Below, piece by piece: positions 31,282 to 52,060 of a DNA stretch of 64,000 nt; the stretch's first letter is position 1; each line of letters opens with the position of its first letter. The notes beneath the pieces are model-generated. The model was not told the origin of the DNA and ran no database searches. It worked only from the letters and a program-made list of their open reading frames with translations. The stretch spans positions 52,103-116,102 of the forward strand of contig NW_005434647.1 of assembly GCF_000315625.1 (NCBI RefSeq). The letters run 5' to 3'. The position numbers were made by a program, and so were the translations under genes. The stretch comes from Guillardia theta CCMP2712. Taxonomy: Eukaryota; Protista; Cryptophyta.

Positions 31282-34200
31282 ATGGCGGGAGCAACCGGTG
31301 AGTCGCACTATGAGCCCGGAGCTTTCATGCTCCTCCTGATCCTCCTGATCTCCTCCACTGATCTCCTCCCTCACATCTCCTCCCTCACATCTCCTCCCTC
31401 ACATCTCCTCCCTCACATCTGCATTACCCTCCTCTCCCGCACCACGCCTCTCTTGTTTCCCGCCTATCCACTGTCACATCCTCCTGGCTTCAGCTTGGAA
31501 CCCCACATGTTCCACACCTTGAACGTCTTGGTAGACCTTGCATCATGTCTTGAGTGTTAATTCTGTAAACGTTTGATCATTCGCAACAATTCACCTTTGG
31601 CTTCTACGTTGGCGACTCTCTGACCTTGCTGTGTGGAAGACTATCTCTTCGGATAGCATCGAACAGGGTATGAGGCTGGTTACGGAGATAGAGGTTTGAG
31701 CTGCATGGACATGGAGGTAAACATTTCCTCCATCACTTCATCTAATGACATCATCGCTGCATTTGCCAGTCTGGTAAGATCTTGCCGAGTACGTCAAACA
31801 TTGCAGGCAGACAACCAGGATTGCTGGCTTCACCCCCAGAGCACACCAACGGAGTTGCAAGGAGTACAGCACATGGGTTGCATGAAGCCAACGGGGGTCA
31901 TTCAGATGTGAGAGCCAGACAATACTCGCCATCGAGACAATCAGCAAGGCAACCCAGCTCAAGAACTGTGAAATCCGATGCGGAACTGCCGAAATGGAAT
32001 GGGTCCAGCGTGCGAAGCGGGGGCAGCAGCAGCTTGAAGCAAGGCTCTGTGGTCAAGGGAGAGATTGTTTCGATCAACAGCGACGGATCTCTGCGGTTGA
32101 AATCTTTCATAGGAGGGAGACAGTTCGCTGGGCTGGTGCGCGAGATCCGACCGGTAGCTCCTGAGCCTGCCAACAGGAAGACGCAGCCATCGGTCATCGT
32201 GATCGGCGCAGGGTTCGCAGGGTTGTCAGCAGCAGATGAACTGCATGCCTTGGGGTGTAAGGTAGTTGTGCTGGAAGGGAGAGACAGGATCGGAGGGAGA
32301 TGTTGGACGGACAAGAGCCTGGATGGCAGGACCGTTGACCTCGGGGCGGGATGGATTCATGGGATTGTGGGTAATCCTCTTGCTGAGCTGGCACGGCGGA
32401 AGGGCGTGGAGCTGTGCAACATACCTGCAGACACCTTGATCCATGATGCAGATGGTGTTGTGTACAGCGAGGAGACTGACAGGAAGATAGAGCTCCTGTT
32501 CAACCAGTTCCTCCAGAGGGCTCAGAAGGAGGTTGGAACGGGCTCTCAGAAGAGTGACCAGTCTCTCGGTGGCCTCTTGGACAGAATGATTGCGAGCGAT
32601 GACAGTCTTGATGACGCAAGAGAGCTGCAGCTGTTCAACTGGCATTGTGCGAATATCGAGTACTCAACGGCAACTGACATTCACAACCTGTCAGCCAGGA
32701 ACTGGGCCCTGGATGACGAGAATGCGTTCGATGGCGACCATTGTCTCCTCAAGTCAGGATACTGCGCGCTGGCAGAACACCTCGCACAAGGTTTGGACAT
32801 CAGGCTGAATTCCAAGGTGAAGGTGATAGAGCATGGCAAGGAAGGGCAGCAAGCTGCTTGCAAGGTGACCCTTGAGGACGGTCGGACTCTCTCGTCGGAC
32901 ATTGTTGTTCTTACTGTCCCGCTTGGGGTCTTGAAGAGCAAGAGCATCGCCTTCTACCCGCAGCTGCCTCGGTGGAAGCAAGCAGCTATCGACAAGCTGG
33001 GGTTCGGCGTGCTCAACAAGGTGGTCCTAGCGTTCAGCAAGATCTTCTGGCAGCGCGCGACCCCCATCGGCAAGTACATCGGGTATGCGTCGGAGCGGAA
33101 GGGGCAGTTCTACCTCTTCATCGACATCACAGACTGCGCCTCCAAGCCGACGCTGCTTGCGCTGATCTCAGGGAGCATGGCGAAGGAGCTCGAGGTCACG
33201 CCTGATGATGAGGTGGTGAGGGAGGCCATGAAGGTGCTCGAGAAAGTTGTCGGGGAGGGAGCGTGCGAGCAACCGTGCGGGTACAAGATCACTCGATGGG
33301 GTCAAGACCCTTTCGCCATGGGCTCCTACTCCTACGTAGCCATCGGGTGCACTCCTGAGGACATGGACGCGCTAGCTCGTCCGCTAGACCATAACAGACT
33401 CTTCTTCGCTGGGGAGCACACCAACTCCGAGCATCCCTCCACCGTCCATGGTGCCTTCATCAGCGGCAGGCGGGTTGCGCGTGAGCTGCTTGTTTCTTGG
33501 CACGGTCACGGAGAGGTGAGGGAGGGAAGCAGGTGTGTTGAGTTTCCGCTGAGATGATATTGTCAGGATCAAGATCGATCTTACGATATGATAGCGTACG
33601 AGGTTGGGGTTGTCAAATGGGTGAAAGTGAAGTCTGACATGCTGGAAATCAGGCGGAGTGGCTGCCTGAGCAGAGCAGCTGTGCGCTGTGCGGTGAGCGA
33701 ATATTTTCATGTTTGACCCAAGTTGAAGCAGACGCAGGAGCGCGCGAGACGGGCGGCATAGAGGGAGGGCTGGTAGCTTGCAGTCGCCTCCTCTGCGGAC
33801 GTCTGATCGTTTTCTCTCAGTTGGGGCCATTCAAAGCAGGAGGAGGAAGCAACAGATTCATCTTTGTACATGAAAAGTACGTGCGCACACGGCAAGCCGC
33901 TCGCCTGTCTCACGTGTCTCCTCAGTTGCGCCTTGTACACGCCGGAAATTGGCAAGGCAGGAGGGAGATGGTTCAACATTTCCAAGGCTGTCCGCAGGGG
34001 AAGGTGCCTCTCCTCCCGTTCCCTCCCTCCTCCCTGGAGACTCACCATGGCGCCAGGCGCTTGCGGTGCACGAGATGCGGGCAGAATGGCGCGACCATTG
34101 GGTGCTACGTGGACTCATGCAAGGTTTGACAAGCTGCGAAGGAGGGGGCGAGTGGTTGAGCAGGGCGGCAGGTCGTGATGCACTGGAAGTGCTGCCTGGA

Positions 34201-34868
34201 GACGGAGTGGGACTTCGGAGATCCTTCGTTGGGCAAGATGTTCTTCTGTACCTCCTCCCTCCTCCTGCTGTTCCTCCTCTCAGCCTCCTTCTTCCTCAGG
34301 CGTTCGGCATCGATCCAAGGAGGCTCAGCGTGCTGTCTTGAATGCCTACGTGCAGGTCCTGCTGCCAACTGTCCGCCCCAGCTGCTTTCTCCTCCTTTGC
34401 CATCAATTCTCCGGCTTCCCCCCCCCCCCATCAAAGTTTCCCCTGGCTCTTGCAATGTGTCTCATCGAGCCCTTGGCCCTCCTGTGGTGCTGTCCTGCAG
34501 TTGCCTCTCCTTTCTACGCTGCTGCTCTTCTCTTTTCTTCCCCTCACGCTTCCTCCCAGAGCTCCAAGGGGTTGGACAAGAACGGCATGCCGGCACGAGA
34601 AGACAAGAAACGGAAGAGCAACGACGAGCTGTCGGGGTCAAGTGGAAAGGGGAAGAGGAAGAGTCTCTACGCTCGTCCCTTGTCGCTGATGGGCCTTCCG
34701 GCCTCCTCCCTCCTCCCGCTCAAGACCAGCAAGCTCGCTTGCTCGCTCCTAACACCAGAGCTCATGGCAACTCTGGACTCCGTCGTTCCCCCAGGAGGAG
34801 AGGGAGCACGGGTGGAAGGAGCAGGAGGAAGCAACGCGGCGGAGGGCAGAACGAACACGAACGGGTGA
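31282..34868 (+). CDS. FAD-dependent amine oxidase, LSD1/KDM1-like, fused to a C-terminal extended PHD (zf-HC5HC2H)
   Basis: VIVIGAGFAGLSAA; LEGRDRIGGR; DLGAGWIHG; LFNWHCANIEY; GFGVLNKV (catalytic Lys position); TRWGQDPFAMGSYSY; LFFAGEHT...TVHGAFISG. Spliced downstream: CAVC...FVHEKCALYTPEI...AVRRGRRLRCTRCGQNGATIGCYVDSCK..HWKC. Start approximate. Confidence 0.88.
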
Positions 34869-35034
34869 AGGGAGGGGAGAGGGTTGCAGACGATGGGGGG
34901 AGAGGAACGGAGTTGAGGTCCAAGATAGCGAAGGAGAGCGAGATTTATCCAGACTTGTTCCAATTGCAACTGAATTTAATGTAACATCATAATATGACAT
35001 GGAGAGGCCGGGGGGAACGGGGGGAAAGAGAAGG

Positions 35035-37949
35035 TCAGTAGAAATGTTCGCCGAGTTGGATGATGTACTGTGCCGAGGAGGAGGAGGAGGAGGAGGGGAT
35101 CCTATTGGTGATCGGAGATTTGGATGGAGCAAACCAGCCCGATGGAGGAGGAGCCTCTTGCTGTCCCGGCGGCTCTCCTGTCTTCCTTGTGGCTGATAGC
35201 TTCCAGTCATCGGCTTTCTTCAAAGAGGGGGAGCCTTGAGCCCCGAGAGGAGGAGGAGGAGGAGCAGAAGGAGGTGGGTTGCCCGTGACTGGAGTCGGGG
35301 GCACAGAAAGGAGCGGAGCTGCTTCGCCTTCTTGTGGAGGAGATACTGGGCTCGATCGGCGACGCAGAGCAGAGGCAGGAGGCGGAGAGGGAGCAGCAGA
35401 AGGATCCGAGGGCTCCTGTCTCACTAGCTCAGGCTGTTTGTCAGGTCTGTTGGAGAGGAAGGAGTGAGATCAGGCAAACGCACTACTGGAAACTTCACCT
35501 TCCCTCCATGGTGCTCTGCTCTGTTCCATGCTGATGGTTTACCTCACCTGCGCTTGTCGTCGGTGTGAAGGGATTGTCTGCGGCTGCAGTCAATGATTCT
35601 CCTCTATCCCACCCGGCAATGTCTCTTCTCCTCAAACCTCCCTCGCTCCTTCCTCTTGGTTCCCTGCCAGCCTGCTCCCCCCGCCCCCCCCACCAAACCC
35701 CTTCCCTGCTCGTATCCTCTTCTCACTCATTCTCCACTCCGTCCCTTGCTCCAAGGCCTCAAGTTCGTTAGACATGTTGAAGGTGGGACCTGCCAGCTGT
35801 CACTCTGCCATCTCCTCCCGCTCCTCCGACTCCGCTTGTTCTCTCTGCTGCGTCCTCTCGCCGGCTTCCTCACCGGTCATGTAGCTGTGCTCCACGCTCA
35901 CGGCCTTGCTGTCGGGGCTCTGGAAGAACCGTGCGTTGTGTATCTAGACGGAGTCAACGTCTCAGGGTCAGAGCACGAGGCGAAGAAGAGGAGGGGGAAA
36001 GGGTTCGAACGAGAAACGAGAGACGGGGGAATGGTTCGTACCGGCCCGTTGTAAGACTCGAAGGAGCTCGAGTTTGTTCGCTGAATGATCTCGTCGAGGA
36101 GCGACTTTCTGCTCTCTTGGGACACAACGGGAAGGGGAGGAAGAGGAGCTGGGCCTTTTGACACCTCCCCTCCTTCTTCACCCCCTCGTTGCAACTCAGC
36201 GTCCACCGCCCTTGCGTCCACCGCCCTTGCGCCCTCCCCCGTTTCAGACTTCTGCGCACTCCCCTGGCGATCGAACTGCACGCTGGTCGGCCTGCTCAAG
36301 TCATTACCCACGAACTTGGCGTATACGAGGTCGCTGCTGAGTCGGAGCCCATTGTCAGTCTCCTGCTTCTCCCCAGCTCCTTGTTTGACCATCGAGCCCC
36401 TCGTCTGCAGGAACTTTCGGATCTCCGAAGACACGTCCACCTCAGACGAGATGTGCGCGGTGGTCATGCTGTGGCGGTGGTCCTCGAAGAAGCGAACGAG
36501 CTGCTGCAGCTGCTCCTCGTCGTGCATACCAACCATCCAGTCGACCAGGAAGCAACACCCCCACGACAGCGCGCTGGTCCACGTCAAGATGACCAGCAGA
36601 CCTACAAGCTGCACTCCGAACTGCTCCCCACTTGCGCACGCTCGGTTCTTGTTGGGGAACTGAGCTGCCTGCACGTCCGCGTCCGTGCAGAAGATGCCGG
36701 CACAGAGCAGGCCCCAGCCTCCTCCCACCGCAAATGTGGCGATAACGTCACAGGGGTCACACAAGCTGAGCCTGTTGATGAGGAGGTGAGTGACGAGAGC
36801 GAGGAGGGAGGAGGAGGTCCCAACAATGAGCGACATCCAGGGGTCCACGATGATGGCGCAGGACGAGATGGCGACCAGCGCGACCATGGTGCCGTTTAAG
36901 CCTCGATACGCGACATTTCCTTGCTTGAGGAGAGAGCAGGTGGCGATCGAAGTCAGGCATCCTGCTCCTCCTGCGATTGCCGTAGTCACCATCCCCTTGG
37001 CGGCGGCATTGAGGAGGAAGGAAGGGCTGTCATGGGGTTGGAAGCCGCTGTTGAATGAGAAGCTCCCAAACCAGAAGGTCAGAACGCCCAGCAGGTGGGC
37101 GATGGACTTGACCGGGTCCTCCTGGTAAAGCATCGTCCTGTCCACGAACCGCAAGTCACTTCCTCCAAGGAAGATCGTCGCTACCATGCATGCGCATCCT
37201 CCCACCAAGTAGACAACTCCTGCTCCTCCTACGTCCAGCAGGCCGTTCGAGTCGCTTGAACGGTGAAAGATCGGACGAGCTGACCCGTCCGCGTCCGGGT
37301 ACGCTCCCCAGGCAGAGAGCCAGCCTGTTCCCCAGCACCAGTGGACGATGATGGGATACACGACGCTAACAAGGACAGTCATGTAAGTCGAGATTGCCTC
37401 TATCTTGCCCCTTTCCGACAACCCCAGGGTTGAGATGTTGCCGCAAATTGAGCTCACGGAGAAGAACAGGAACCAACGCTCCCACTCGTCAGAAGTTCCT
37501 TGAGATGGATCGCCTCCCAACCCATCCAGAGCAAACTTGCTCGACCCTATGAAGCCTCCCCGGTCGATCCCGAAGCCAAAGCCGAAGCCGAGGATCCAGC
37601 AGCTCAGCGCAGCGAGGGAGATCGAGGTGATGGTTCTCAGAGCAACCCGCTCGTAGCGGCTCGACTTGAGGCTGCTGGCTTCGATAAGCACCAGCCCGAT
37701 GTTCATGCAGAAGATGGAAGCTCCTGCGTGCAACGGAGCCTCAGGGGAGGAAAGGACGAACATGGGGCCGACCTCGACTCGTTGTCCATTCTATTTTGTT
37801 GTTAACGATGTCAATAGCCAGCAGGTCGATGATCGACGATGAGGAAATAACCTTCCCCCCTGCACAATCGATCCAACAACATGGGACATGTCAGCCTTCG
37901 AAGTGGTATCAAAATTGCTCAGAACCTCTCCACGCGTCTTCAAACTCAT
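35035..37949 (-). CDS. Degenerate ammonium-transporter paralogue (AMT-B) with a long low-complexity C-terminal tail
   Basis: ORF 35898-37763 carries the whole AMT fold (GFGFGIDRGGFIG, YPIIVHWCWGTGWLSAWGAYPD, DVGGAGVVY, CDPCD, ACASGEQFGVQ). Short 5' exons from 37949; 3' exons to about 35035. Ends approximate. Confidence 0.85.
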
Positions 37950-38109
37950 CACTTCTCGCGTACAAAACCTCTCCTTCCTGTCGCTCTTCTTCCCGCTCCC
38001 CCCCCTCACTCTCCCTGTTTCATCGTCTCCATCCATCCCCGATGTCTTGCTTCATATCCTCTCTTCTCCCGTCCTCCTTCATACCGTCTGCCATCGGAGT
38101 TGTCAGGGC

Positions 38110-39030
38110 TTCAGACCAGAGCACGGTACCCATCCCCACCCACGGATGATCAGGGCCTTTTCCTACCACCCCACCCCTGAAACTCCATCTCGGATAATTT
38201 GAAAAACGGGATCCTTACCACCCACATAATCCCCTGCGAGTACCCCCTGCATTGATATTGGCAGGTAAATCAGTGATTCCTCGGACAGTACCCCACCCAC
38301 CTCCAAAAGAACGAAAGACATCTTTCGTTCCACCCTACCCCTGGTTCACCCAGGCATCCTTTCAAGACAAAGAGGACGAGGCTCATAACCGTCAACGACA
38401 TAAGGTACTGACTTTACTCAAAGTTAAGTTGACTAGTAAATTTCAGTGTTAGTGATCTCAGTGATCGGGCCCGGGCTGAATATCGGCGGCGGGCCCGGGA
38501 GCCGCAGAAAGGCCCGGGAGCCCGTCAGTCCGACCTGGGCTGCGAACAGATCTCGATCCGACAAGGACCGGTACTTTCTTCTTGATCTTGCAGTGAAAAG
38601 GTGGGGTAGTATATCGCTCCCGATTTCCCCGACTGGAAGACATCACAAGATGGGAGTTGAGGGGGTGGGGGTGGTAGGGGACTGGACGGATCGGATGCCA
38701 CCATGTGTAACGGTCCTGAAGGGTAGGTGGGGTAGCTAATTTTAGTGGGTACGGGTACATGACTCGTTGGGAGACTACCCGTACCAATTTGGACACATTC
38801 TGTGGGGATAAAGGGGTAGTACAATCACCCCTACCCCGAGATTTCACCATTCCGATCGGACCCCGGCTCATGACACCCCCCACCCCCTCAATACAACCCC
38901 ACCTTCTTGATCCACCCACCGAAATGGCTTGAATGACAGTTGGCCGAGTACCCCACCCCATCCACCCCCACCCCCCTCCTCGTTTTGTACCCCACCCATT
39001 TATGGACACTTGAACCCCCTCCCATTACGA
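38110..39030. promoter_or_regulatory. Tract - GC block - tract arrangement in the divergent AMT-B/AMT-C intergenic region
   Basis: ACCCC tract 38110-38360, GC block ~38460-38545, GGGGT/ACCCC tract 38570-39030. Confidence 0.4.
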
Positions 39031-39196
39031 TTCTTGACAAGCGCGATTGCGATGGAGCGGCGCTACAGAGAATGAGTGGGAGAGGAGACGCGAGCTAGGA
39101 CTGAGGAGGCACTAGACGTGAGGAAGCGAGAAGAAACTTTGCTGTCGAGCTGGAGAGGGAGGGAAGGGGGCACGTGAGGAGGGTTAATTCGCAAGT

Positions 39197-43012
<3,816 letters not shown>

Positions 43013-43422
43013 CCTGACTTTGTTTCTGAGCAGGAGTGTTCCGAGCTATGCTGGTCCGCACGCTCTCTACTCTTCTTCATGCTCTACTGAACTTGCAGCA
43101 GCTGATCCTGTTTTGTACCGCTCGACGGGGGCCTTGTCGGGTCAGAACTTCTACTGAACGAGGACAGGGGAGGGGAAAGGAGAGGAGAGGAGAAGAGCAG
43201 ATGCTGCAAGAAGTTGAATATGAAGGAGGAACATCAATATGAATTTAACGACTAGGAGGAGCAGCAGAAAGCGGAAGATGTTTGAATTTCTATTTACAGT
43301 AAATCCCTCCTTCGTGCATGATCCAGCAATTAGTCTTTGTCCTGTCACGCTCCAAATGCTCGCATTACACTCTTGCTCCCTCCCTCCTTCCCTCCCTCCC
43401 TCCTCCACTCTAACTTTCTCTC

Positions 43423-47533
<4,111 letters not shown>

Positions 47534-47889
47534 GGCAGTGGGAGAGAACGGGAAGGTTGGAGGATGGTTCACCCCTGCCTTGTACTGCAGAGAGTGGGTC
47601 AACGCGCCTAGCAGGTGCCGACGGGTGATTTCGTACCACAACTTATACACAATATTCATTTAAAAATATATTTGTGAAAAAGTCTACCGATATGATCTCT
47701 ATAAATATATATTACCCAGTTACATGAACGAATAATTCAGTACCTAAAATAACTTGTAGTTAATCAGATAGGAAAAAGGATGCTTTAGAAATAAAAATAT
47801 TATCAATGGTACACAAAAGTGTTTTAAAGAGGACTAACAGAGAAGTGGTAGTGTTTTAAAATGACTCGATAAAACATTTTTGGTCTTGC

Positions 47890-48450
47890 AGGGGACCCCT
47901 GCCTTCTGTACCCCTCTTGACCCCCCACCCCCCTTGGTATATTTCCAACAAGTTCGATAGTCGCAGAGGGGGTATTCCCATCTACCTTCCACCCGGTACC
48001 TACCCTTCTTCACAGCCTATTCCCTCGCATTTCCCACCCCTCCCTTCCTATACCCTATACTCTATTCCTATGCCCTATGGCCCATTGGCTATTTTATTAT
48101 TCATGTACCCTACCCTAAAATTTCTATGTATGACCCCACGTAACCCACCCCCTTCTCCTGCTGCACAGACCACCCCCCATTCATTTAACCCTTGATCTTG
48201 AGGTCATCGGAGGAGACGTAGGAGGTCTCGGGGGTGATCAGATCCGACGACCTTGAGGGTGGGGTTATTGAAGACTTGGGAATACCAGGGGTCCTACAGT
48301 CATTAACCCACCTACCTACCTTCATGCTAGGAACAACCAGGGGCGGGTACAGGGGGTCCTATGGATTGTGATGGTAGTAAAGTGACAATGTGGGAGACCT
48401 CATGACCCCAAGTACCCCATGAATTGAAGACAAAATGACCGGTCATCAAA
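47890..48450. promoter_or_regulatory. ACCCC/GGGGT tract upstream of the kinase gene, after an AT-rich segment (47660-47885)
   Basis: Composition as in the other 5' regions. Confidence 0.35.
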
Positions 48451-49663
48451 TCTTACCACCGACATGTCCCCGATGTCCATTCTGTCCTCCCAATCCGCCA
48501 CCAAAACTTTGAAAACAAAAATTTTGTATATGAATCTTAAATATCAAGATTTCAAAATTTGGAACAAAGTTGGGGAAAGGGTGGTAAAACTAGAAAGGGA
48601 CAGAAAACTAGAAAGGGGGAACTTTTGGGGTAGGGGTGAACTGCTACTGCTCAGTCCTGAATTTTTGAGGTACTTTTGTTCTGGCAACAATCCATATTTC
48701 AAAACATAGGCACAGAATTTCAAAACTTTATTACACTTATAAGTACTGATTACTCGAAGCAGTGAAGGCGCCGGGCCCCTCCGAGCCCGACTCGCAAGCA
48801 AGGTGATTCAAGGTGATTGGGAAGGGAGGGAGAGTGGGGAAGAGGGAGAGGTGACGAGGGAGGAAGAGTTGTGAGATAAGGAAAGGTAGAGCGGGAAGGG
48901 AGAGAGAGAGGAATAGGGAAGAAGGGGGAATGAGGGCTGGGGTGGTTTCGGGGTGCAAGAGAGTGGGGAAGAGAGCAAAGGAGAGCCAATTGAGCCGGAG
49001 AGAGAGCCTCGATGGATGTCGGAATTGAGCCAGCTAATAAACAATGGAACAATTCCTGCTCCATGCCCGGTCACGGTCTCGATGATCTGGCTGTCTTCGT
49101 TTGCATTTCTGCTTCACGACTCTTGTAAGTGCATCTATGTCACCAACACAACCCGTTCCTATTCCGCATTCACAGAGGTAAAACTTGCAAAGTCTTACAA
49201 TTGAGCCGTTTTCGCGACTACGGGGTGTTTGACGTTGATGCCCGTTGGGATTCGATCGCACCAAAGGAGCACAGCCCCATCGAGTGGCCAAGCCTGAGTA
49301 TTGAATAAGTCTGCTGCTCCTAGCTCCTTTCAGTGAGAGATCGATTGTATGAGGGTTGAAGGATGCTGGTCCTCTCGAGATCATCGGGCGACAGAAAGGT
49401 GTTGCTGGACGGGGCACTGCAAGTGGTAAACAAAAAAGCACATATCCGGCCTAGAGAATCAGGAAATATATTCAAATAATCCAATCAATCAAGGTGTATG
49501 GAAAGACAACAAACAAGAGCAAAGAGAGCGATTAACAGCCCAACACCAGGAGAATAAGAGACATCAAGGGAGATAAAGTGAAAAGGATCTAAGAGCAAGG
49601 AGAGGCCTTGAAAGCCTCCGGGAGTGCAGGGGCGCGACAAATAGCTATCTAAGACAAGAAAAC

Positions 49664-50455
49664 TCATGCGATCATCTCAGCAAGTGCAGACTTCAGATCG
49701 TCTCCTGCTTGTGAGCTACATGAGTCTCGGATCATGTCCTCCAAGCTCAGCTCCTCCTCCTCGCCCTCCTCCTCGCCCTCCTCCTCGCCCTCCTCCTGCA
49801 CACGCCGCCGTCAGTCAACCCTGCAACCGCCGCATGCTGTCCGAGCTCTCACCCCGGCCAGCAGTCTGGCCTTGTCGACTCTCTTCTCGAAGGCAGCATA
49901 CATGTGCTGTACCCCCAGCTCATTGCACGCCCACTGTCGCGTCCTGTCACGACGCACAAGACCAGCATACCCGCCTCCCTCTCTCTCACCGCGAGGTAAG
50001 GCTTCGCTACCAGACCCTCGTCGTTGGTGAACACGTCCTCCAGGATGGTCGAGAGCTGGTCGCCGTCGTCCATCGCTCCTCCCCTTGCCTCCTCCGCAAG
50101 CGCCTCTTGAAAGGCCTGCCCGACTCGTCAGGCCCCCTCCCTCAGTCCCTGCCCGCCTATGGCGCACCTTGCTCAAGCTCCCGATCTCCGAGAACACCTT
50201 CTTCATCCCTCCTTTCTTGGGCGTCTTGTCTTGGTGTTTCTTGTACGCTACCTCCCTGACCGCGTGGAACCGAAAGTCTTCCGCGTCCAGCGTCTTCTTA
50301 TCGGGGCTGCCTGCTTTCGCGAGGGCATGGGACATCAGGCATGGCTGGGACGCGTTACGGGCAAGTCGGCTTTTCTTGTCGTCTCTCAACTTTCTTTCTG
50401 CCTGCCGAGCGAGGTCTGCGGCATGGAGGGGGTGTTGGCTTTCGAATGCGCTCAT
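49664..50455 (-). CDS. Hypothetical protein, copy 1 of an inverted pair (4 exons, acidic C-terminus)
   Basis: MSAFESQHPLHAADLARQAERKLRDDKK...EIGSLSK|AFQEALAEE...AKPYLA|WACNELGVQHMYAAFEKRVDKARLLAG|EE...LKSALAEMIA*; three GT-AG introns keep the frame. Confidence 0.7.
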
Positions 50456-50956
50456 GCTTGGGGAGCAACAGAAGGTAAGAGAACGTATGTATCCTTGTTT
50501 CCTTTTTCGAGAAATTGAGCCCCTGTCAGAAATTCAATATCTTGGATACACTTTCATGAATCTTCTGCTCTTTTCACGGAATCTTGTCTATCGTAGAAAA
50601 TTCTCTCTTTGCCCTACCTTTCTCTTCTGATTGTGGTTCTTTTTTGTCGCGTGCATGTTTCTTATCAACGAGAGATGTTAAATACGGAGCAAGACTTCTT
50701 CCAATTATACGACTTCCATATCCAATTATTTTCTGATCCTCACCCTTTTGTTGAACTGTTGGCTCACGCAGAGAATATTTCCACGCTGGTTGTCTCTCTT
50801 CCCTTCCTTTCTCGTTCCTCCCTCTTTCCCCACCTCTCTGTCTCTCTTGCCTCCCGTTTACCCCACCAGTCCGCCTGCCTGCTGTCTCTGTCTCTGTCTC
50901 TGTCTTTGTCTATCTCTGCCTGTCTTCCTTTCTTGCCTCCTTCCTTCCTTCCTTGC

Positions 50957-51044
<88 letters not shown>

Positions 51045-51068
51045 AGTCTGTCTGTCAGTCTGTCAGTC

Positions 51069-51099
<31 letters not shown>

Positions 51100-51101
51100 C
51101 T
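50957..51101 (+). repeat. (CTGT)n microsatellite
   Basis: Visible repeat. Confidence 0.95.
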
Positions 51102-51333
51102 GACAGACGGACGGACTGACTCCTTCTCTCTCCCTCTCCCTGTTTCAAGTTCTTCTTATCCTTCTTCCCCTCCTGCGACTCTCCCTCCTCCTGTTAGTCT
51201 CGCTCCGAGCTCTTCATTCGTGGCCCATTTTTTAGTGAACCCTCCACCCCCTTTTGGAAACTTCTTTGAGGCAGACCCCTTCTTTCCACTCCTAGGACCC
51301 CTGCTTTTCCCGTGGACGGTAATCGTCACATTG

Positions 51334-51413
51334 CGGTGGCAGATTTCAAGAACACTTCAAATCATAATTCTATATTTCAAATAGCGTATCTGGTCATCTG
51401 AAATCTGCCACCG
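51334..51413. repeat. 15-bp perfect inverted repeat (CGGTGGCAGATTTCA ... TGAAATCTGCCACCG) with AT-rich loop
   Basis: 51334-51348 is the exact reverse complement of 51399-51413. Confidence 0.85.
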
Positions 51414-51589
51414 GTCTACTTTTGGGTGTTTACTACAGGCAACTTGCCAGGCCCGCCATGAGTCCTCCCTTTGGATCTCGGGTCACCCGGTTGTACTGAA
51501 ACCTCAACGTTTGGAATCTCAGCAAGCCTCTAATCCGTTACGGAGGTTCTACGGACCGTACTTCTAAAAAAGAAACGGTTCAGATCCCG

Positions 51590-52060
51590 ATCGGTCACCA
51601 TGCCATGATGAGGGCGCGGCCGGGCTAACTGCGGCGGCCGCGCCGCCCCCCGGGGCCCGGTCCGCCCGCCGCCTAATCCGAGTCACCGTAGCCTCAAGCG
51701 GCGGGCCCCGCCGGGCGTTACAGTTTCACGGCGGCGGACCAGCACGTGTGCGACTCATTCACAGTGGTAAAAACTCAGGGTAACGTGACTGCTGACACTT
51801 TGAAAGGCTTACAGACGAAGAGGCGCGTTAGATCTCTGCCTTCTTCACAACCATCCTCAAAGGGTGGCTCTGGGTGGTAGCGGCTATGAATTGTACACGG
51901 GGGTGGTAATAAAGGGATTCACTTGAGGAGATATGGTGGGTATTCCCCGGTGAAAAGGGAGGGTGCAAGAGGGCAAGTTGTTGTGTTGCAATCTTGAGAG
52001 GGGTAGGGTGAGTTGAAAACTTCTGGAGAAGGGGTAGGGGTGGGAAGGGGGCGGTGAGTG
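51590..52060. other. GC-rich block (51590-51760) plus GGGGT tract (51855-52060) upstream of copy 2
   Basis: Same composite architecture. Confidence 0.5.

Noticed and set aside
48953-49310. Possible small plus-strand gene
   Set aside because: Short, no recognisable motif, ambiguous splicing.
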